This document shows, one piece after another, positions 1-12,760 of a DNA stretch of 64,000 nucleotides; the stretch's first letter is position 1, and each line of letters starts with the position of its first letter. Location of the stretch: assembly GCA_964016885.1 (NCBI GenBank), contig OZ024742.1, positions 197,904,001-197,968,000 on the forward strand, in the 5' to 3' direction. The notes beneath the pieces were generated by a model that had not been told where the DNA came from, searched no databases, and worked only from the letters and a program-made list of their open reading frames with translations. The stretch is from Eledone cirrhosa. Lineage: Eukaryota. The position numbers were made by a program, and so were the translations under genes.

Positions 1-649
1 GGCGCTCCTATGACTTCCGCAGGAGTTACAGAAAACTACACATTCAATTAGCACATATGGAAATTATTTTTATTTTCATGTGAGAATGAATGTATATTTG
101 CTTACAGTGCTGATATTCATATAGGGTGAATCCTGACATGAGCAACTGATCCTACATACTGAAACATTTGTCTAGTGAGGTAAAGGGGTGTAGTACATGC
201 TGCTGATTTCAAGCTCAGAGCAAGAACCAGTTGATAAGTTGCATGTGATTTTTTTCTATGAGTTTTTCCGTAAAAATTGGCAACTTATTTACAAGTATAT
301 ACAATAAATATATGAGTTACAATATATATCAAAATTGGTACAATGGTCCAGTACTTGGAAAGTCAAAGAAAAGCTCATGGTTATCTGCCCTCCATCCCAC
401 AAAAAGAAGAAAAAAACACAACCTCCTTGAATTTTTAGCTTCTCTTTCCCAACCAGGGTTTGAAAAATCTTGTACCAACTTGCATGCAACATTTCTCTTG
501 GAGGCCCTGTATATTGAAACACACTGTCAAGTTTACTTTGGCTGAATATAGTTGCTGTAGTTGTTATAGTCATACATATAAAGTTTAATTGACCTCCTCA
601 TATTAAATTCCTTGGGTGCTTTAATAATAGAGGCCCAAGTCCTATCATG

Positions 650-775
650 AAAAGCAACATGAAATGAAGCATCTTGCTCAAGAAAACAATGTATAGGAAC
701 CCAGTGTAGGAATCAAAGCCACAACCTTATGATCATGAGCCCAATACCCTAACCATTAGGTCATGTGCCTTCACA
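650..775 (-). mobile_element. Degenerate tRNA-derived (CORE-type) SINE head
   Basis: The reverse complement reads gaaggcacatgacctaatggttaggg...ttgagcaagatgcttcatttca; same family as 5655-5792 and 6490-6625. Confidence 0.6.
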
Positions 776-1573
776 TGAAGTAATATAATAGTAATGAATA
801 AATAAATATATAACTAAATATAAAAATTAAAGTGGAAAGAAAAGAATGTTGGTTAATAACCATTTTTACAAGCCACCACCACTACCACCCTCTATAAAAA
901 AATGCATGATCTGAGAGAAAATATGAACAGACAGCTGGTTAAGCATCAACAATGATGCACTGCTGAACAAAATCTGCACAAGACCAAGAAAAAGAGAAAG
1001 AAAAGGCAGAAGAAGAAAAAAAATGAGTGAAGAGAAAAGGAATGAGTTAAAAGCAGTTGGCACAATCAAGTCCAATTTTCATCATCATAAGAATTGCATG
1101 ATTTTAAAGAAGAGTTAGGGTTTATTAAAGGATCGAAGAAGCATGAGATGGTGTGGATGTAATGTAGTCAGCCAGCTAAGCCAAGATTTGCAGGAGTTGA
1201 AAGAGCAAGGAATGAAGTCAAAATTCTATTCTAATACACAAGTATTCTTCTTTTTTTTTTTTTTTTTATTACTGATTTCAGGCATTAGTCTGTGGCCATG
1301 CTGGAGCACTACCTTGAAAGGATTTAGTCATTCATATCATGCCAGTACTTATTTTTTTAGGTTTGCTACTTATTTTATCAACCTCTTTTTTTTTGTCAAG
1401 CTGCAGGGTTACAGGACATAAACAGAGATACAGACATACACAAGGACAAACACACATATATGCATATCATCACCACCACCATGACATTAAATGCTGGTGA
1501 TAATATATATATCTATCTTGTTCCTGTCTTTTATTTCTCATCTATGTACCTTTTTCTTTTCTCTCCCATTCTA

Positions 1574-1609
1574 CCTTCTAATGAAGGACTAACATCCAAA
1601 ACATTAAGA
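1574..1609 (+). ncRNA. Degenerate minimal hammerhead-ribozyme relic in a PLE pLTR-like repeat
   Basis: ctt-CTAATGA-aggactaacatcc-AAAA-catt-aag; core mutated from CTGATGA/GAAA. The flanks match the copy at 21483-21518 (-). Confidence 0.4.
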
Positions 1610-1827
1610 CTTTTTCCCAACTATATCAAGTGTTAAATTAATGTATCATCATTGTATTATACTGTTCTGTGTTATTTTTCCTTGTTGACTTTTCTTAAGT
1701 GTGTGTGTGTATCAGTGTTTTGCTTTGCTACAACATAATAAATCGCCCATTGGTTGCCCAAGTGAATGTCCAATTCATGAATTAATGTGTAAGTGGTTAA
1801 GTATTCCTCAGACACATATACCCTTAA

Positions 1828-2035
1828 TTCTTTAGCATTTAAACCAGCCGTATCCAGCCAGAATTCTCTTACTTCCGTCTATTCATACTGGATGTAACCA
1901 GCTGCTCATACTTATGTTAAGGTGTTGTTCTCAAAATAAATAATATCAAAATCTCATAGATTCAATATTATGTAAGATAAAGTGTTTACCATGAAAATAC
2001 TCTAGTAAATATAGAGTAATGTAAATGCTAACGGG
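1828..2035. mobile_element. piggyBac-type MITE, family 1
   Basis: TTAA at both ends (1824-27, 2036-39); TIR (t)tctttagcattt...aaatgctaacggg; homologous to 7219-7421 in the opposite orientation. Confidence 0.7.
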
Positions 2036-2299
2036 TTAATTTAACTCTCAAGCTGTATCACCATGACGGAATATGTGACAAGGCTGGACCTTTCAATTAC
2101 AGGAACAACACAATCCATCTTGTATTATTTGGTAGGTGGTTGAGTATTCCCCAAACATGTATACCCTTAACATAATTCTCAAGCCAAAGACACCGTTGCC
2201 CAAGGTGCAATGCAATGAAATGGAGCCCAAAAACCACACACTTAAGCCTGTGCCTAAACATTAATTATTGTATGGAAAAAACAAAAAAAAATTAATTTA

Positions 2300-2567
2300 G
2301 TCCTTTCATTACCATATTTTTAACGAAAGACACTGCTTGTGTGTTTCAATTAATTTTGAAAATAATCAACAATTTGGAGGGATTTAGTAAAATAACTTTC
2401 ATTAATAAGCTGGTGTTTGTAACATAAATGTTCTCAGATGAAATTATGATGGAACGTGTTTGGATAAATATAAACACTTTAAAATAAACAGGTTTTTATC
2501 ATGATAAACAGAATTTTTAATCATAAAAGCCAGTGCAGTTTCAGGCAGTTTGTTATGAAAAGGGTTA
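2300..2567. mobile_element. piggyBac-type MITE, family 2
   Basis: cctttcattaccatatt...aaaagggttaa; homologous to 3293-3545, 4229-4484 and 5073-5301. Confidence 0.6.
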
Positions 2568-2911
2568 AGAGATTTTTTTTCCATGTTATTTGCGTCTTTA
2601 AATTTTTCAAAACCAAAGTCCCATGGCATTAGTAGATAAGGCTACAGGTGTTTTGCTATAGTTAAATCTACATATACAATATTCTTCTGAATAAAACAGG
2701 GAGATTTTGATGTAATCTTTTTAATACCAAACCGCTTGAACCCCTCCTGGTTGTATGATGAAAAACTATTTTAAAATTACTATATTTAAAAACCTTTTCA
2801 TCATAATTTTATGAATATTTTCAAAATTATTTGAAAATCATTGAGAGTGTCTTTCAATAGAAATATTCAAACAAAAGGATTAAAACCTTCCATTATATTT
2901 CTAGGACAATG

Positions 2912-3120
2912 AATTGGCAGTATCAGTAGAGTGTTGAACCACATGCTCTAAGACATATATTTACGGCCCTTTATGTTCTGAGATTAATTCCTGCCAAGAT
3001 TAGCCATGCTTTTCATCCTTACAGGGGTCGATAAAATAAAGTACCAGTACTGCACTGGGGTTGATTTAATGGATTTTCCCCTCCCTCAAAATTGTTGGCC
3101 TTGTGCCTAAATCAGAAACT
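2912..3120 (+). mobile_element. tRNA-derived SINE family A
   Basis: A-box-like tggcagtatcag, degenerate B box, body gcttttcatcctt...gggtcgataaaataaagtaccag; many copies in the window. Confidence 0.7.
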
Positions 3121-3292
3121 ATTATATTCCTATGTTCCAAACACCAACTTAATAATCCTGAAGTTAGCCACATGAAGTCTATTTCCATTATATTTATTTG
3201 GTGTTTTAAAGTGGCACTGTCTCTTGTGTGTGTATGTAGTAGCACAAACCAGTCAATGAGACAGAAAACAGTAAGAAGAAAATCAACAAACA

Positions 3293-3545
3293 TTAACCCT
3301 TTCATTACCATATTTCTAATGAAAGACATTGCTTATATTTTCAAATAATTTTGACAATCAAGAATTTGGAGGGATATATTAATATAATAAACTTTCTCAT
3401 TATTAAGCAGGTGTTTGGAACATAACTTAAAAAAGGGTTTGCATAAAATCATAATGAGAGGTTTTTTTAGATGAATATAAACACTTTAACTCTGTTTTGT
3501 ATTGTAGAACCAGAGGGTGGTTTCAGATGGTTTGGTATCAAAGGA
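3293..3545. mobile_element. piggyBac-type MITE, family 2
   Basis: Begins TTAA-ccctttcattaccatatttc and ends ggtttggtatcaaagg. Confidence 0.65.
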
Positions 3546-3825
3546 GGTAGAAAAGAAAAAGAGCATAGCAGAATGGTGAGAGAAAGATGTAAAGTTAAAG
3601 ATAAGGGTGTAGCAACAAAGAGAGAGGATGGGGTACGATGAGAGATGGAAAAATAGAAAGATTAAAAAGAAAAAGAAAAATTAATTTTTTTAAACCAACC
3701 CAGCCAAAACTGGCTCTCGTTTTATAAAACAAAACCACCATGAGTGGTGATGAGAGGTAACGAACAAATGTCTGTAACTCCTGTAGCTAAACACTGATTG
3801 AACAGAAGAGCATGACTTTCTATAG

Positions 3826-4056
3826 AAGTGGTTCCCAACCTGCAGTCTGCTGACCTGAGGGCCCATAAAGGTAGTACTGAGAGTCTGTTAGCTAAGTTCA
3901 AAATAGTATTTTGTTATAAACATAACATACACACAATTTTTATTGTTATTCCACTGTATAACAATCAGGAATGGGTGTAACTGTAGCAGAGTGTCTGTGG
4001 GGAAAAGACATTTAAATAAAAGGGGTCCATGCTAGTGGAAAGGCTGGGAACTACTG
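3826..4056. mobile_element. hAT (Charlie-like) MITE
   Basis: TIRs (a)agtggttcccaacc / ggctgggaactactg; 8-bp TSD ttctatag / ttctatat. Confidence 0.75.
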
Positions 4057-4228
4057 TTCTATATAGGTTAGCAGATAGTGGACATTAGTCATAATAAATT
4101 GCTTGCATGGTGAATAATCAACAATAAGGTATATGTAGCTCCTGCAGCTAAACAATGGTGGTTGTTGTTATGGCTCACACCCACATAGGTTTACGACCAT
4201 TTCGAGAGCATGACTTTTTGAAGGTTAA

Positions 4229-4484
4229 CCCTTTTGAAACCAAATTACATGTAACCACCCCTGGTTCTACAACACAAAACTGTTTGTATTAAAGTGATTA
4301 TATTTATCTAAAAAAAAAATTACCATCATAATTTTATGTAAGAACCTTTGTTAATTTATATTCCAAACACCAAATTCATAATGAGAAAGTTAGTTGTATT
4401 TCTAAATCCTGCCAAATTTTTATTTTCAAATAATCTGAAAACTATAGGCAGTGTCTTTCATGAGAAATATGGTAACGAAAGGGG
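4229..4484. mobile_element. piggyBac-type MITE, family 2
   Basis: TTAA-cccttttgaaaccaaa ... gaaatatggtaacgaaagggg. Further copies or fragments at ~2715-2884, 5073-5301, 8617-9348, 9355-9510, 10307-10495 and 10910-11155. Confidence 0.65.
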
Positions 4485-4619
4485 CTAACAAATAGGGTAG
4501 CAGATTGTTCACCACCCAAACAATTTGTTAGGGTTAATGAACAGGTCTGTTGTTGTATAGCCCAAGATCAGTTCTACAGCATACACACAATCAACTGAAA
4601 AAATCATGTACAACCCAAA

Positions 4620-5020
4620 GATACATCTTCCCAGTTATACTCCAGCCTCTGAACCATAGATATACTGCCTCCTCAGCCACTACAACAATGACCTCTGCTC
4701 TTCAGAGCTAACTGGTCTTGAGTGATATCCAATCAGATGCTTATGACTAACTGGTCCTTCCCCTTCTTATCATCCATGCTGTATCATACCCCACAAGATC
4801 TGCACTAACCACTATGCTTGATCCTTCCTGTCCAGAGCATCAGCCCTCTGGAACTCCCTCACTACTCCTGTCTTTCCTACAGGCTTCAATTTGCAAGAGT
4901 TTAAGCAAAACATCAATGACATCAACCTAATATGTCTTTGAAGACCTGTGAAGAACACGGGCCTGCCCCTTCCTCCAGAACTAGCCAGTAGAATATATAC
5001 TATTATAGCTCCCACAAGTA
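4620..5020 (+). pseudogene. 3' fragment of a CR1/Jockey-group LINE ORF2
   Basis: Translates to ...TNHYA*SFLSRASALWNSLTTPVFPTGFNLQEFKQNIN, matching the SFFPRTxxLWNxLPxxVFPxxYNLxxFK C-terminal LINE motif. Confidence 0.6.
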
Positions 5021-5414
5021 GAAAATTTTAACAGTGCTGAATAACAGGTATAGATTAACAACAAGCATTTTAACCCATTTTATACGAACCTGCCTGAAAC
5101 TGCCCTGGATTTATGATACAAAACTACTAATTTTATGTTTATTCTTATTCTACTATAATATTTTAGACATTCTTGTTAAGTAATGATCTAAATACCAGCA
5201 TACTAATGAAAAATTCATTGAATTTCTCCAAATTTTTGGTTACTTTCAAAATTAATTGAAATGCAACAATATATTTCTAATGAAATATATTGTTGAAGGA
5301 GTTAAGAGCATTACTAGCTGTGTACACTTCATGGGTGTGTTTTCAAAGTAAATGTTATACAGCCAGATGCCCTTCCTAAGGCCCTTTAGTCACCTCTAAC
5401 ATGCAAGAAAACTG

Positions 5415-5792
5415 TATCATCATTTTACGTCTGCTTTTCCCATCTTGCAAGGGTGGGACGGGACTGACTGGCTTGATTTCTACAGATTGATGCCCTTCCT
5501 AACACCAACCTCTTTTACAGTGAGTGCTGGGTGCTTTTTTGCCGTGGCACCTACACGTCCACTTTACAGTGTGGGCTGGGTACTTTTATTCCCTGGCACC
5601 TCCACGACCGCTTTGCAGTGGAATGATAGGGACCCCAGTCCCTATCATCTCATTTCTACAGCTGAGTAAACTGGAGCAATGTGAAATAAAGTGTCTTGCT
5701 CTAGGAAACAACACATCACCCGGTCTGAGAATTGAACTCACAACCTCTCAATTGCAAGGCCAATGTTCTAACCACTCAGCCATGTGCCTCCA
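5415..5792 (-). mobile_element. Full composite SINE: tRNA head, CORE-like body, ~48-bp units and RTE-like 3' tail
   Basis: Minus strand: ggaggcacatggctgagtggttag (A box), gagttcaattc (B box), agagcaagacactttatttcac, then aggaagggcatc...gacgtaaaatgatgat tail. Confidence 0.75.
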
Positions 5793-6294
5793 TGTGTACC
5801 TATTCTAAACCAAGTAAACACAGAAAATATAGACTATCAACTAATATATATCAAAAATTGCTTTGATGGTGAAAAGAGATATTGAATAGGTGTCAACAGC
5901 CTCAATAAGTAGAAAACTACTTAAAAGACCTACCATCTTAAAAAAGTTGAACCAAACACTGAATAATACAACCATAGATATTTAGTATGTCTAAATAAAA
6001 GATGAGATGGTCAAAGCTGGAATATTTTTTATCATAGGTCTACTCTACGACTGATTTGGTGGCTAAATATCAATTTGACTAGCTAGAAACATTAACCAAA
6101 TCTCCTTTAAATCAATCTCTAACATCTTAAAAAGGGAAGAACACATTAACATAATGTAGTCCTAGATACAAATCATCATCGGTTTTACATCTGCATTTCC
6201 ATGGGTTGTGTAAGACTTTTTTGGGGACAGTTTTTCTATAACTGGATGCGATGCTCTTTTTAATGCCAACCCTACTTTATAAGTCATCATCATC

Positions 6295-6625
6295 ATTTCA
6301 TTTTACGTCCGCTTTTTCCCTGCTTGCAAGGGTGAGACGGGAACTGATTCTGGCTTGATTTCTACAGCTGGATGCCCTTCCTAACACCAACCTCATTTAC
6401 AGTGAGTGCTGGGTGCTTTTTTGTCGTGGCACCTCCACGACCACTTTGCAGTGGAATGATATGGACCCCAGTCCCTATCATCTCATTTCTACAGCTGAGT
6501 AAACTGGAGCAATGTGAAATAAAGTGTCTTGCTCTAGGAAACAACACATCACCCGGTCTGAGAATTGAACTCACAACCTCTCAATTGCAAGGCCAATGCT
6601 CTAACCACTAAGCCATGTGCCTCCA
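6295..6625 (-). mobile_element. Second copy of the composite SINE, about one 48-bp unit shorter
   Basis: Nearly identical to 5415-5792. Confidence 0.75.
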
Positions 6626-6811
6626 AGTATGGTGTATATATATTTATACACACACACTGTCCATCTTCATGAAACCATTTCATTGTGGTACATAAATGAC
6701 TGTAACCTTTAAACATAAACTGACAAAAACACACATACCAAATGTAATTTTAGTAAATCCCTCCAAATACTTTATTAATTAATTGAAATCCAGTGTAAGT
6801 CATTTGGGAGG

Positions 6812-7135
6812 CAATGAATTGGCAGAGTTGTTAGAACATTAAATAGAATGCTTTGGGGTATTCATTCTGGCTCTATGTGCTCTGAGTTTAAATCCTGCCG
6901 AGATCAACTTTGCCTTTCATCCTTCCAAGATTGATAAAAAAAAGAAGTAGCAGTTTAGTACAGTTTAGTACTATATCTTATCCTCACTTACTCGCTGTCC
7001 CACTCTCTCTCCTTCTCTGGAAAAAAATCAGCAGTTATCAGACCTGGAGAAGGATCGGCTCCACCAGATGCATCACATGTTACTACAGCACTCCTACACC
7101 TCAATCAGAAGTTACAGGTCCATACATATGTCATT
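6812..7135 (+). mobile_element. SINE family A with extended 3' region
   Basis: tggcagagttg A box, gagtttaaatcc B box. The downstream tctggaaaaaaatcagcag...cagacctggagaag block recurs at 13843-13975 and 20940-21075 (-). Confidence 0.6.
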
Positions 7136-7218
7136 AGAAATATGGTAATGAAAGGGGTAACTGTTCTATGTTACAAACAGCTATAGGTAACTAATAAAAA
7201 GGAGCAATTTTAACTTAA

Positions 7219-7421
7219 CCCTTTAGCATTTACATTACTCAATATTTACTATTGTATTTTCATGATAAACACTTTATCTCACATAATATTGAATCTGAGA
7301 TTTTGATATTTATTTGGAGAACAATACCTTAACATAAATAAGAGCAGCTGGTTATGGCCAGTTTGAACAGAAAGAGGTGAGAAAATTCTAGCCAAATATG
7401 GTTGGTTTAAATGCTAAAGGG
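7219..7421. mobile_element. piggyBac-type MITE, family 1
   Basis: TTAA-ccctttagcattt ... aaatgctaaaggg-TTAA; perfect 13-bp TIR. Confidence 0.85.
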
Positions 7422-7878
7422 TTAAGGTTCCAACAGTAAAAAAATAAAATGAAAACACTACACAGTATTATGAAGTTCTGTGTTTGGTTCCACTACATGG
7501 CATCTTGGGCAAGTGCCTTTCTAACATATTTTCTATACTTCTTCAAATTCCTCTTGGAACCAACCTATCTTTTCTGGTTGTTTTTAATATAGCTACTGCT
7601 GCCTTTTCTTTTGACCATTCTCAATCTCTCTAAGTTAAGTACTGTTTGTTTCTTTTTTTTATAATTGAATTCGTCTAAACCTTTCTCCATCTCTCTATAT
7701 ATTTATACATACCCTATTATCAAAATTGAGTGCTACCTCCATTGTGGACTACCAAGATCACAATTGGAGTCTTTAAGAAAGTTTATTTACAATAATTTAT
7801 AACTTTACCAATTTCACAAGTTTCATAAGTTGAGAGATGGGGATTAGTGTGACTATGCCGTAATCAAATAAACCTTAA

Positions 7879-8092
7879 CCCTTTAATATTTAAACCAGCC
7901 ATATCCAGCCAGAACTCTCTCACCTCTTTCTTTTCAAACTGGTTGTAACTGGCTGCTTACACCTACATTAATACCTTAATGTTCTCAAAATAAATAACAG
8001 CAAAATCTTGTAGATTCGATATTACGTGAGATAATTATGTAATAATTACTGTGAAAATACAATAGCAAATATAGAATAATGTAAATGCTAAA
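7879..8092. mobile_element. piggyBac-type MITE, family 1 (one end truncated)
   Basis: TTAA-cccttt start; body homologous to 1828-2035. Confidence 0.65.
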
Positions 8093-8689
8093 TACTTCAA
8101 CTGCATTTTCAATTTCTTTTTCCTATATATATATATACCTCTTATATATTTTGATGTGGCACCAAGATGACCACTTTACAGTGTGGATTGGTTGCTGGGG
8201 GTGGGTCTATACCTCTTAAGCTTTCAAAGTGTTAATTCATTTTTTTGCTCCTCCTAAAGAGAAACTGAACTGACTTTCCTATTAAGAGAGAGAGAGAGAG
8301 AGAGAGAGAGATGTGTGGGAGGGGGGAGAGAGGTGGGGGGGGGGGGGGGAGACAGAGATATACTTTGATAAAAACAAATCTACATTTATATACATCATTA
8401 AACAAACTGTCTCAAACACAGGCTTACAAACGCATGTACATTCAGATAAACAAACTTGTTAAAATCCTACAAACATATTCAGATAAACAGTTTTTAACTT
8501 ACAACACATCTGATTTATATTCTATTTTGAAAAACAAGCCTCACCTTTCTTTCCTTTACTGCTTACCTTTGCCTCCTATTTTCCCACCCCTCTGTCATGC
8601 CACAGTCCTTTTTTATTAGCTCTTTTGATACCAAACTGCCTTAAACCTGGCCCTGGTTCTATGACACAAACATATTTGTTTTTAAGTAA

Positions 8690-9165
8690 GATGATGACAC
8701 AGGATTGAGATCTCTGGCATTATACAGTAATGTAGAACACTCGCCTTCCCATGTGCACAGGTCAAAGCATACATATTGTCTCTAGTATGCACCACTTCTC
8801 CCCCTCCCCTTCAACAGCTAAGTGTCCCACTCTAGATCTACCTTTCCAATCTCCACCCTCAACCAATCCACACTGTAAAGTGGTCATCTTGGTGCCACGT
8901 CAAAAGCGCACAGTTCACACTGTAAAGTGGTCATGTTGGTGACAATAAAAAGTGCACAGTCCACACCATAAAGTGGTCGTTTTGGTGCCACAATAAAAAG
9001 TACTGAGTCCACATTATAAATGTGATTGGTGTTAGGAAGGGCATCCAGCTGTAGAAACCAAGCCAGAAAGTTCTGTATGAGCATGACACAATCATCTGAT
9101 CAGATTTGTCTCTCAGCGAGACAACTAGTCTAACCAATGCTAGCACAGAAAAATGGATGTTAAAT
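8690..9165 (+). mobile_element. RTE LINE 3' UTR fragment with ~46-48-bp tandem units
   Basis: About four cacactgtaaagtggtc units followed by ttaggaagggcatccagctgtagaaacc...gatgttaaatg tail. It interrupts a family-2 MITE. Confidence 0.65.
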
Positions 9166-12100
9166 GTTTGTATTTATCCAAAATCTTCTAACAGATTTAT
9201 GTAAGAACTTTTCTTAAGTTATATTCCAAACAACAGCTTAATAAGTTAGTTATATTACTAAATACCACTAAATTCTTGATTATTTTCAAAGTTTTTTAAA
9301 AACCACAGGTAGTGTTTTTCATTAGAAATATGGTAATGAAAGTGTTAAAGAGTTTATATTTATAAAAAAAACTTCCAAAATATGTTATGTAAGAACCTTT
9401 ATGTTCCAAACACCAGCTTAATAATGGGAAATGTATATTACTAAATCCCCCAAATTATTTGAAAACTGTAGGCAGTGTCATTCATTAGAAATATGGTAAC
9501 AAAAAGATTAATGTAGCAAAGATAAATATATATTTGTGTGCATGCAAAAATATTTATACATGCAGGAGCAAGCAGCATCACAGGATTTAGACAAATGGAA
9601 TTATGCCAGTAATGATTATGAGTGTGCATATACACATATATATATATATATCATCCTCTTCATCATTTAATGATGTCATTGACCTTTTTACAGAGTGTAC
9701 TGGGTGCATTTTATCATGGCACCAGTATTATGGAGATTGTCATGTCTTTGATATAAATGAAGTGTCTTCTTGACTCTTTGTTTGGTAAGTTTTTAATGGT
9801 TTGATGACCATTCTTTCACCAACCAATTTACAGAGGGTACTGGCTACATTATATTATAGAAGGTTGTCATAGGATAAATACCATTGAAGAATCCTCTCAA
9901 CATTTTGTTTGCTAAGTTTTATATGATTAGCTATCCTTCCTAATGTCAACCACAATACAGGTATACTGTCTATGTCTATGCACATCGCTAGAGCATGTAG
10001 AGATGTGTTTATATGCAGCATAAACAGAAATTCCATAGTCCAGTCTAACATACTCAATACAAAGAATTTTCAGTGTGTTGGGGTATCTACACCAGCCATG
10101 TATCTCAATGGAAATGTCCTCGGTATCCACTCACAGAGCTAAATACTTTGTGATAGTCTGTGAAATGGCTTGTGTCTTGAATTGTTTCCTCAGTTTGGAA
10201 CAACATAGTACATCTCATTGAAGATCCACTTTCCCTCATAACATATAGCACAGAATTTTGTAGTGTTAAATGATAGGTCATTGTAGTTGTTTGTGTGTGT
10301 AGTGTTTAAACCACTTGACACCAACCAGCCTAAATTGCTCCAGGTTCTCTTGGGACAAAACTGCTTATATTTATCTAAAAACCGACCATCATAATTTCAT
10401 ATAAGAACATTTAATACATTATGCTCAAAACAAACTAAATGAGAAATTTAGTTATTTTACTAAATCCCTCCAAATTCTTGATTAATTTCAAAATATACTT
10501 ATGATCTATGTGTATTATTACAGCTCAGGTGGTTTAGCTGGCCTCCAACGAAGTTACATATCATAGCAAGTTTCACAGGCAATTTAATGATAGGGACCCT
10601 AGTTCTAATCATGAGAATAACCCCATGAGCCAGACCCTAATCATAGGCTATACACCAGATGTGAGCATATGTGACAGTATACATGTGCAGATACACACAT
10701 GGCCTGGTGGTTACACACACAGCTGTAAGAAGATTGCACCTGAACTATGTACTTTCAGATTCTATACCATAGCATGGTACCTTCAGCAATTATCTTCTAT
10801 AGCCTTGGGCTGACTGATGCCTTGAGTGAATTTGGTAGGTGGAAACTGAAAGGAAGCCCATCATATATATATGTATGTGTATATGTGTGTCTACCTCCAT
10901 GTAATACTTTTAAGGCTTTTAATACCAAACCACATGAAATAACTTCTGGTTCTATGATATAAAACTTTATTTAATATTGTACATATTTATCTAAAAACCT
11001 TTGATCATAATTTTATGTAAATTCAAGTTCTGCTCCAAACACTAAACTTGATAATGTAGAAGTTTATATTTTACTAAACCCCTCAAAATCCATGATTGTT
11101 TTCAAAATGATAGGCAGTGCCTTTCATTAGAAATATAGTAATGAAAGGTTTAAAGTGTGAGGTGATATTCGTTTATGTCCTACACTTTACAATTTAACAA
11201 AGATCATTGGTATATAATATACTTTCGAATAAAGAATGGTTTAATGTCAGGAAGGGCATCTGGCTATAGAGAAGACTGTTTTAAATGTGTTTTCCAACTC
11301 ATGAAAGAGTGGTATATGGTATATGTACATGCAAGTCTATGTGTGAGCATAGTTACATGTACACACATACATTAATTTATATATTAATGTATGTATGTCA
11401 GGGCCCCTAACCCAGATGGAAGGCAAAGGTTCAGCTTGAGAACTGACTAATTTGGGACATGTCCAACCCTTGCTAACAGGGAAAACTGACGTTAAACATT
11501 GATGATGAGATGGTGTGTGAGTGTTTGTATATATATATATATATATACACCATATATACATACATGTGTGTGTGTGTGTTTGTGTCTATGTGTGTGTGTA
11601 CACACACTATATACGTGAATGTATAAGCAGCACCTTTTTCCATGAAAATTTGTTAAAAACCAGCATGTGATTTATCTACGGGACCTACAAAAAACCTCAC
11701 TTCAAAATATATGGCACATTGTAAATGCTGTATGTAAAATGGAGGTGTAACTTATACAAGAGTATTTCCTAAATAAAACATGCATATGTGCTTACACACA
11801 CACAGAAGCATACAAATGATAAATGAAAAAAAAAAAAAAATCAGGTCATGGCCACACATATACACTCTTCACATACACCACGTGCACAGTTATATTGTGG
11901 AGGAGGGAAGAAGACAAAAAAAATAGCAATTAATGCTTCCCTTCCACTCCCCTCATGTCTACACTTAACATGCAGTATATGTCATTTTACCCACCAACAC
12001 AGATAACCGGGCAATTCTTAGAAAAAAAACTGGGGTCTCCAATTAACCTACAGTTATAAAAACCTGGGACAAATTTGTCAGGCACTAACCAACCCACACA

Positions 12101-12214
12101 AACGAAATATTTATGAGGGTGAGATGAAGAAAGAAAAAAATATATAAACAGTACTATTATTAGGCACATGGCTTAGTGGTTAGGGTGTTTGGTTAATGGA
12201 TGTAATTTCTAATT

Positions 12215-12370
12215 TTAGCACAGGACCAGTAATTTAGGGGAAAAAGAAAGTCTGTATCGACCCCAATACTTGACTAATACTTTATTTTATCGACCTTGGC
12301 AGAATGAAAAAAGTTGACCTTGGAAAGCTTTGAATTCAGAATATAAAAAGCCTGTACAAATACTGTTAGG
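12215..12370 (-). mobile_element. SINE family A
   Basis: Reverse complement of the tcgaccccaatact...tcgacc...gaatgaaaa...tttgaattcagaa body. Confidence 0.55.
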
Positions 12371-12439
12371 TATTCAAAGGAAATCTATTGTCCAAGAAAT
12401 ACTTCTGGTTTTTTTTTAAACTGATAAACAAAGAAAGAC

Positions 12440-12760
12440 TATCATCACTTTAACGTCTATTTTCCATGCTTGCTCATATGTTAACATATTGTCTGGGTTT
12501 CTACAGCTGGATGCCCTTCCTAAACACCAACTGCTTAACTGTACTGGAAGCATGGTTTTTATGCTAGGATGCCCTTCCTAACACCAAATGCTTAACACTG
12601 TACTGATGCATAGTTTTTATGCCTGGATGCCCTTCCACTTTACAAAGTGTATTGAGAGTATGATTTCTACAGCTGAATCCTCTTCCCAATGCCAACCACT
12701 TTACAGTGTGATTTGGAGCATGGTTTCTATGGCTGGATGCCCTTCCCAACACCAACCTAC
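12440..12760 (-). mobile_element. RTE-tail-type repeat with internal tandem duplications
   Basis: Repeated ggatgcccttcc...accaa units after tttaacgtctattttccatgct. Confidence 0.6.

Noticed and set aside
258-573. Possible host exon or transposase fragment
   Set aside because: No recognisable domain or convincing splice context; the FFLW similarity to Tc1 transposases is too weak.
5655-5792. tRNA genes at A/B-box-containing repeats
   Set aside because: The heads continue into SINE bodies and do not form complete cloverleaves.
9927-10130. I/Nimb-like LINE relic (TLKIL..RLDYG..VY)
   Set aside because: Only a short, highly degenerate motif; it cannot be supported without a profile search.
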